DNA from: Candidatus Latescibacterota bacterium | GTDB lineage: Bacteria; Latescibacterota; UBA2968; UBA8231 | Direction of reading: 5' to 3' | Assembly: GCA_965248355.1 (NCBI GenBank) | Contig: OZ252098.1 | Span: 4,896,001-4,960,000, forward strand | DNA: 64,000 bases | Shown: piece after piece, positions 59,193-64,000 of the stretch | Layout: each line of letters begins with the position of its first letter | How positions within the stretch are numbered: position 1 is the first letter of the stretch | Program-made: the position numbers and the translations under genes | Notes under the pieces: model-generated | Told to the model about the DNA's origin: nothing | The model's database searches: none | The model's input: only the letters and a program-made list of their open reading frames with translations

Positions 59193-59429
59193 GGGCAGGC
59201 TCCGGGAAGGGTTGGCAACCGCTGCCTGGCCAAGGATACGCAGCCCCGCGGGACCCATACAACGCCTCGGGGGTGGTGGGCGACTTCGGGGCCTCGCGGG
59301 ACCGACATCACGACTCGGGGCGGAGGGCGAAGGCCAGGGAGCCCGTGGGGGAGAGCCTTGACCGCTGTATCCCGGGTGGTGAGGTTGGCCCGAAATCGAA
59401 GGACCGAGCCGCCACCAGGAGGATCCGCC

Positions 59430-60404
59430 GTGAAGCGATTGGCCAAGCCGGAAGGGAAGTACCAACTCGTCGTCGAGGAGGCGCCGGTGCCGGAGCCGGG
59501 GCCGGGGGAGGTCCGCGTCAAGGCGGTGCGCTCCCTCATCAGCCGGGGCTCGGAGATGGGGGCCCGCTACACCCGGGAGCACGCCGTGAGCCCCGACATC
59601 ATGGGTTACTCCATGGCCGGCACCGTCGACGCCGTCGGCGCGGGGGTGTCGCACCTGGCCCCCGGCGACCACGTCGTCTCCCTGGCCCCCCACGCCGAGT
59701 ACACCGTCCAGCCCGCCACCGCCGACGGACCCGCGGGCCAAGCCAGGGTGGTGGCCCTGCCGGAGGACGTCGACTTCGACCGCGCCCCCTACTACCCGCT
59801 GGCCGTGGGGGCGGTGACCTGGGTCGAGATCGGCCAGAGCGGACCCACGGACACGGTGGTGATCCTGGGCCAGGGCCTGGTGGGCAGCCTCATGCTGCAG
59901 GTGATGAAGGCCAGTGGCCGCGGCTACGTGATCGCCGTGGACGCCCTCGACCGCCGCTGCGAGCTGGCCGCGGATCTGGGCGCCGACCGGGTCGTGAACG
60001 CCGGCGAGGAGGACCCGGTGGCGGCGGTGCGCAAGCTGACCAACGGCGCCGGGGCGCACCTGGTGGTCTATGCCGTGGGCGGTCCGGCGGGGCCGAAGGC
60101 CTTCGAGCAGGGACTCGACATGCTCGGCGTCGACGGCACCCTGCACCTGATCGGCCTCTACGAGGACCAGCCCCTCTCCCTGCCCTCGGGCAAGATCCAG
60201 CGGCGCCGCCTGCTGGGGGGCTACTACGGGCAGCGGTCCGGCCTGTCCGCCTACCGGCGGGCCATGTCGCTGCTGGCCACCGGGGCCATCGACACCGGCC
60301 GCATGACCACCCACCGGTTCCCCTTTCTCGAGGGGGCCGCCGCCTTCGACCTGCTCTGGAACCGGCCGGGCGAGGCCCTCGGGGTGCTGCTGGAGTGGGA
60401 CTGA
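59430..60404 (+). CDS. MDR (zinc-binding dehydrogenase superfamily) oxidoreductase
   Basis: AGGAGG plus GTG; PGPGEVRVK, ISRGSE, GYSMAG, GQGLVG, TTHRFP. Confidence 0.85.
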   Translation: MKRLAKPEGKYQLVVEEAPVPEPGPGEVRVKAVRSLISRGSEMGARYTREHAVSPDIMGYSMAGTVDAVGAGVSHLAPGDHVVSLAPHAEYTVQPATADGPAGQARVVALPEDVDFDRAPYYPLAVGAVTWVEIGQSGPTDTVVILGQGLVGSLMLQVMKASGRGYVIAVDALDRRCELAADLGADRVVNAGEEDPVAAVRKLTNGAGAHLVVYAVGGPAGPKAFEQGLDMLGVDGTLHLIGLYEDQPLSLPSGKIQRRRLLGGYYGQRSGLSAYRRAMSLLATGAIDTGRMTTHRFPFLEGAAAFDLLWNRPGEALGVLLEWD

Positions 60405-60418
60405 GAGCGCGCGTCCCC

Positions 60419-60456
60419 TGTCCGGCAGCGGACAGGGACTGTAGCGCATGCGGACA
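60419..60456. promoter_or_regulatory. Tandem palindromic enhancer-like sites (bEBP UAS)
   Basis: TGTCCGGCAGCGGACA (TGT-N10-ACA) and TGTAGCGCATGCGGACA (TGT-N11-ACA), centres about 21 bp apart. Confidence 0.5.
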
Positions 60457-60511
60457 GTCCCGGACCTTCCCCTTTCTCCATAAGTCACGGCGGATCAACG
60501 AATAACGTCCG

Positions 60512-60526
60512 TGGCACGCAAGTTGC
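60512..60526 (+). promoter_or_regulatory. sigma54 (-24/-12) promoter
   Basis: TGGCACGCAAGTTGC, full match to TGGCAC-N5-TTGC. Confidence 0.8.
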
Positions 60527-60583
60527 GAATCCCCGTTCGAGCCGTTCCTGCGCCGGCAGGACAACTCGCACCGGGGAGGAGCC

Positions 60584-60799
60584 ATGACCCAGGGGGAACG
60601 CCGTATCGATCGGGAGCGCATCGAGCGCGCCGCCCGCATGTACTCGACCAACGAGGCCGCCAGCCGGGCCCTCGGTATCGAGCCGCGCAGCTTCAGCCGG
60701 CTGTGCCGCCGCTACGGCGTCGAGACGCCCTATGCCCGCCGCCTGCGGGAGCGCCGGGAGGCCCTGCAGGGGTGCTCCGGGTCCGAGGGGGCCCTCTAG
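60584..60799 (+). CDS. Small stand-alone Fis-like HTH protein
   Basis: GGGGAGGAG RBS; TNEAASRALGIEPRSFSRLCRRYGV resembles an HTH_8 (AA..LGI...L.R..K.YG) motif. Confidence 0.7.
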   Translation: MTQGERRIDRERIERAARMYSTNEAASRALGIEPRSFSRLCRRYGVETPYARRLRERREALQGCSGSEGAL

Positions 60800-61896
60800 T
60801 AGTCGGCCACGGACCCGTCCTCCAGGCGGTTGTCCGGCCAGTGGAACTGCTGGTCCGGCCGCTCGCCCACCTCCCGAGCCAGGGCCTCGTCGATCTCCAC
60901 CCCGAGGCCCGGTCCCTCCGGCAGGGAGACGAATCCCTCGCCGTCCATCTCCCAGGTCTTGCGGGCCACGCCCTCGGGCAGCCGGCCGGTGTAGCCCTCG
61001 TGGATCAGGAAAAAGGGGACCGACGCCGCCACGTGGAGGCTCGCCGTGAGCCCGAGGTAGGACATGGTGCAGTGGGGGGCGATGGGCACGTGATGGGCCT
61101 CCGCCAGGGCGGCGACCTTCTTCATCTGGGTGATGCCGCCGCCGTGGCCGCAGTCCGGCTGCAGCACGTCGACGACCTGGCCCTCGAGGATCTCGCGGAC
61201 CTCCCAGATCGTGCGGTCCCGCTCGCCCGTGGCCAGGGGCACGGGAATCGCCTCGCGCACCCGGCGCATGACCTCGATGTTACCCGGCACCCAGCCCTCC
61301 TCCCAGAACAGGAGGTCGTCGGACTTCAGGTGGCCCCCCACCTGGCGGGTCAGGGGCGGGGGCATCTGGCTGTGGGCGTCGAACATGACGACGCCGTCGG
61401 AGCCGACCCGGGCGCGGGCCTCGCGGATGCGGTCGAGGATCTCCTGCACCTTGTCGGGTGAGCCGCCGTGGGCACAGGCCCCTCCCGGCCCGACCTTGAT
61501 CGCCTTGGGGCTGGGGTACATCCAGACCTTGTGACGGCACGGCCCGCCCAGGAGCCGGTACACGGGCACGCCGTGGAGCTTGCCGGCGATGTCCCAGAGG
61601 GCCATGTCGATGGCCGCGATGGTGTGCACCATGAGGCCGCCGCCGCGCAGGTTTCTGTGGGCGCGGAACAGGCGCTGCCACAGGTGCTCGACGGCCGTGG
61701 GGTTCTCGCCGACCACCAGCTCGCCGAGGGACTCGGCCAGGGCGCAGGCGACGCGGGTCTCCATGTTGTTGATCTCGCCCCATCCGGTGATGCCGTGGCT
61801 GGTCTCGATCTTCACGTAGCCCTTGGGGCCCACGGGGATCGCCTGCAGGGCGGTGACCCGGATGCTGGAGGCGCGGTCTTCGACGGGATCGGACAT
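60796..61896 (-). CDS. Mandelate racemase/galactonate dehydratase-like enolase-family protein
   Basis: GITGWGE, IDMALWDIAGK, MFDAH, LATGE, QPD..HGGGIT, PGLGVE. Confidence 0.9.
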   Translation of the reverse strand: MSDPVEDRASSIRVTALQAIPVGPKGYVKIETSHGITGWGEINNMETRVACALAESLGELVVGENPTAVEHLWQRLFRAHRNLRGGGLMVHTIAAIDMALWDIAGKLHGVPVYRLLGGPCRHKVWMYPSPKAIKVGPGGACAHGGSPDKVQEILDRIREARARVGSDGVVMFDAHSQMPPPLTRQVGGHLKSDDLLFWEEGWVPGNIEVMRRVREAIPVPLATGERDRTIWEVREILEGQVVDVLQPDCGHGGGITQMKKVAALAEAHHVPIAPHCTMSYLGLTASLHVAASVPFFLIHEGYTGRLPEGVARKTWEMDGEGFVSLPEGPGLGVEIDEALAREVGERPDQQFHWPDNRLEDGSVADY

Positions 61897-62173
61897 GGGC
61901 GGGGTCTCCTCAGGTCGGGGTTCGGAGTGGAGTTGCGAGGTGAAATCTATCTCGCCTCAGCGGGGCGGGCCCAGGGCTTGCCGGTCAGCCGGACCCGGGC
62001 GTCTGGAGCCGGCCGCGCACGGCCACGGCGGGGCCGCTTCATCCGTCTATGTTTGGGGGAGGCGCGAGCCTTGCGGCCTGCCGCGGGCATCCGCTGCGGT
62101 GAGGCAGGACCAACGAGCATGATTACGCCATGGGCGCCGGGCCCGGAGCCCTGAGCGCCACAGGAGCCACCAG

Positions 62174-63115
62174 ATGCAGTACACCACCCTCGGCCGCACG
62201 GGCCTGCGGGTCTCCCGCGTCGGTCTGGGCGCCGGCGGGCCCTCCCGCCTGGGACGGTCGCGGAACGCCACGCTCCACGACATGGACCGCCTCATCGGCC
62301 GGGCCCTGGACCTGGGCGTCAACTTCATCGACACGGCCCGCACCTACGGCACCGAGGACGCCATCGGCCGGGCGCTGGAAGGTCGCGCCGCCGCCGACGT
62401 GATCGTGGCCACCAAGGTCTGGCTGTTCGACGCGGACGATGGCGAGAACCCCCTGCGCAAGCCCCACACGGACCCCCGCCTCGTCACCGATTCGGTGGAG
62501 GCGAGCCTGCGCGACCTGCGCCGGGACCGCATCGACTTGTTCCAGTATCACGGCGTGCCCCTGGCCTCTCTCGACACCTTCGTCGAGCGCCTGCTGCCGG
62601 TGGCCGAGCGTCTGCGCGAGCAGGGCAAGGTGCGGTTCCTCGGGGTCACGGAGCAGCCCATGTTCGACTACTCCCAGGGGATGGCCACCCGGGCCTGCGC
62701 CTCGGGCCTGTGGGACTCGGTCATGGTCCAGTACGGGATCTTCGACCAGGCCGGTCACACCTGCGCCTTCCCCCCGGCCCGGGCCAACGGCGCCGGGGTT
62801 ATCTGCATGAGCGCCGCCCGCGGCGCCCTGGTGAGCGAGGAAGCCCTGGGGCGGACCCTGGCCAAGTTGGACGCGGGCGCCCCCGACGACCTGCGCTTCC
62901 TCCTCGGGGAGCCGCCGGGCACCTGGGCGGAGCTGGCCTTCCGCTTCGCCGCGGCCTGCGAGGAGATCGACGTGGTGCTGGTGGGTACCGGCGACCCCGA
63001 ACACCTCGAGGCTGGCGCCCGGGCCATCACCGGGCCGTCGCTGCCGCTGGAGCACCTGCAGTGGTTGCGGGACCGCTTCGGGGGCTGCCGCGGCGAGGCC
63101 CTGTGGCCGGAGTGA
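62174..63115 (+). CDS. Aldo/keto reductase
   Basis: LGRTGLRVS, GVNFIDTARTY, VATK, IDLFQYH. Confidence 0.9.
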   Translation: MQYTTLGRTGLRVSRVGLGAGGPSRLGRSRNATLHDMDRLIGRALDLGVNFIDTARTYGTEDAIGRALEGRAAADVIVATKVWLFDADDGENPLRKPHTDPRLVTDSVEASLRDLRRDRIDLFQYHGVPLASLDTFVERLLPVAERLREQGKVRFLGVTEQPMFDYSQGMATRACASGLWDSVMVQYGIFDQAGHTCAFPPARANGAGVICMSAARGALVSEEALGRTLAKLDAGAPDDLRFLLGEPPGTWAELAFRFAAACEEIDVVLVGTGDPEHLEAGARAITGPSLPLEHLQWLRDRFGGCRGEALWPE

Positions 63116-63125
63116 AGCGCCTCGC

Positions 63126-63806
63126 TCAGGCGAAGCGCAGGGGCTGGAAGAAGGCGGGCTCGTGGAAGGAGGGCTCGGCCAGCTCGATGGGCGCCCAGGT
63201 GCCCCAGTGGGGATGGGAGGTGTGCCCCCCGCACTTGTAGAAGTTGCCCTTCCACTCGGTGCCGGCCCCGGGCCGCGGCCGATCGACGAAGTAGCGGCCG
63301 AAGAGCTCGAAGGGGACGTGGTACTCCACCGTCCACGTGGTGGGCCCGGCGATCTCCGGCTCGACCCGCTCCGGCAGGAAGTGGGCGATGCGCACGAGGG
63401 AGGCGTGCTCGGCGGCGATGAGAGGATTGGCCCGCCCCCAGCCGCGCTCGGTGGTCGACGAGCAGCGGCGCAGCAGCAGCACCCCGCCGCAGTTGACCTC
63501 GAAGTTGAAGTAGGCGTCGGTCTCGCCCATGGGGAACGGCGACAGGAAGAACTCCACGCAGCTGTCCTCGCTCACCGGGTCGCCGAAGCGCTCGGCCACG
63601 GCGCGCACGTAGCGGTCCTCGACGCGGAAGATGACGGCGAGGAACTCGTCGTCGTAGAGGATCCGCGCCGAGGTCGGCGGGTGGTGGCCGGAGTCCTCCC
63701 AGGGCCAGCAGCCCAGTTCCAGGACCTCGGCGGCCGGCCAGGGGGGCCGGTCCCAGTCGGCGGTGGGCGGCCCGAGGGGTGAGGCGCGGCGGATGGTGTA
63801 CTCCAT
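63126..63806 (-). CDS. CBM9-like (DOMON-fold) carbohydrate-binding protein
   Basis: EDSCVEFF, YFNFEVNCGG, GNFYKCG..TSHPHW, FHEPAFF. Confidence 0.75.
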   Translation of the reverse strand: MEYTIRRASPLGPPTADWDRPPWPAAEVLELGCWPWEDSGHHPPTSARILYDDEFLAVIFRVEDRYVRAVAERFGDPVSEDSCVEFFLSPFPMGETDAYFNFEVNCGGVLLLRRCSSTTERGWGRANPLIAAEHASLVRIAHFLPERVEPEIAGPTTWTVEYHVPFELFGRYFVDRPRPGAGTEWKGNFYKCGGHTSHPHWGTWAPIELAEPSFHEPAFFQPLRFA

Positions 63807-63819
63807 GGGGACCGCTTTC

Positions 63820-64000
63820 TCAGGCGAAGTGGACGGGGCGGAAGAAGTCGGGGCGGTGGAAGTTCGGCTGCGGCGCCCCCACGGGGGCCCACGACCCCCA
63901 GTGGGGATGCGAGGTCTGGTCGCCGCACTTGTAGAAGTTGGCGCGCCAGGCGCTGCCCGCCCTCGGCGTCACCGGGCCGAAGTGCTTCTCGAAGAGGCTC
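63820..64000 (-). CDS. Second CBM9-like paralog, 3' part only
   Basis: Manual translation: ..WRANFYKCGDQTSHPHWGSWAPVGAPQPNFHRPDFFRPVHFA*. Confidence 0.75.
   Translation of the reverse strand, partial: SLFEKHFGPVTPRAGSAWRANFYKCGDQTSHPHWGSWAPVGAPQPNFHRPDFFRPVHFA

Overview
High-GC bacterial window (no rRNA, tRNA or CRISPR array recognised) with about 55 genes. Most encode catabolic or accessory enzymes: five PhyH-family 2OG/Fe(II) dioxygenases, a sulfatase, two aldo-keto reductases, DapA-like, enolase-family, Gfo/Idh/MocA and DegT proteins, GH5 and GHL10-like hydrolases, two CBM9-like proteins and gdhA. It also has several ABC systems, a glycan-biosynthesis cluster and eukaryote-like repeat proteins (ankyrin; a 17-blade YWTD protein). 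This content resembles host-associated (e.g. sponge) Latescibacterota/Gemmatimonadota/Poribacteria-like genomes, but that is inference only. Mobile and conflict elements: an IS630 with TIRs and a TA duplication, an intact Phd-ParE/RelE pair, two orphan antitoxins, a decayed XRE/AlbA-stub/ParA/DUF262 locus and two ABC-ATPase+Toprim-like modules. The most notable candidates are four. (1) A secreted protein with three YWTD propellers separated by a duplicated, unrecognised Cys-pair domain, translationally coupled to a glycan cluster. (2) Two stand-alone secreted Cache proteins sharing a C-terminal WGQLK tail, one behind a sigma54-like promoter. (3) A tiny Fis-type HTH gene with a complete sigma54/enhancer promoter layout. 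(4) A YtrA regulator with no canonical start codon. Many genes carry 1-nt indels or apparent internal deletions, which could be real erosion or assembly error. All product calls come from motif reading by eye, not database searches.
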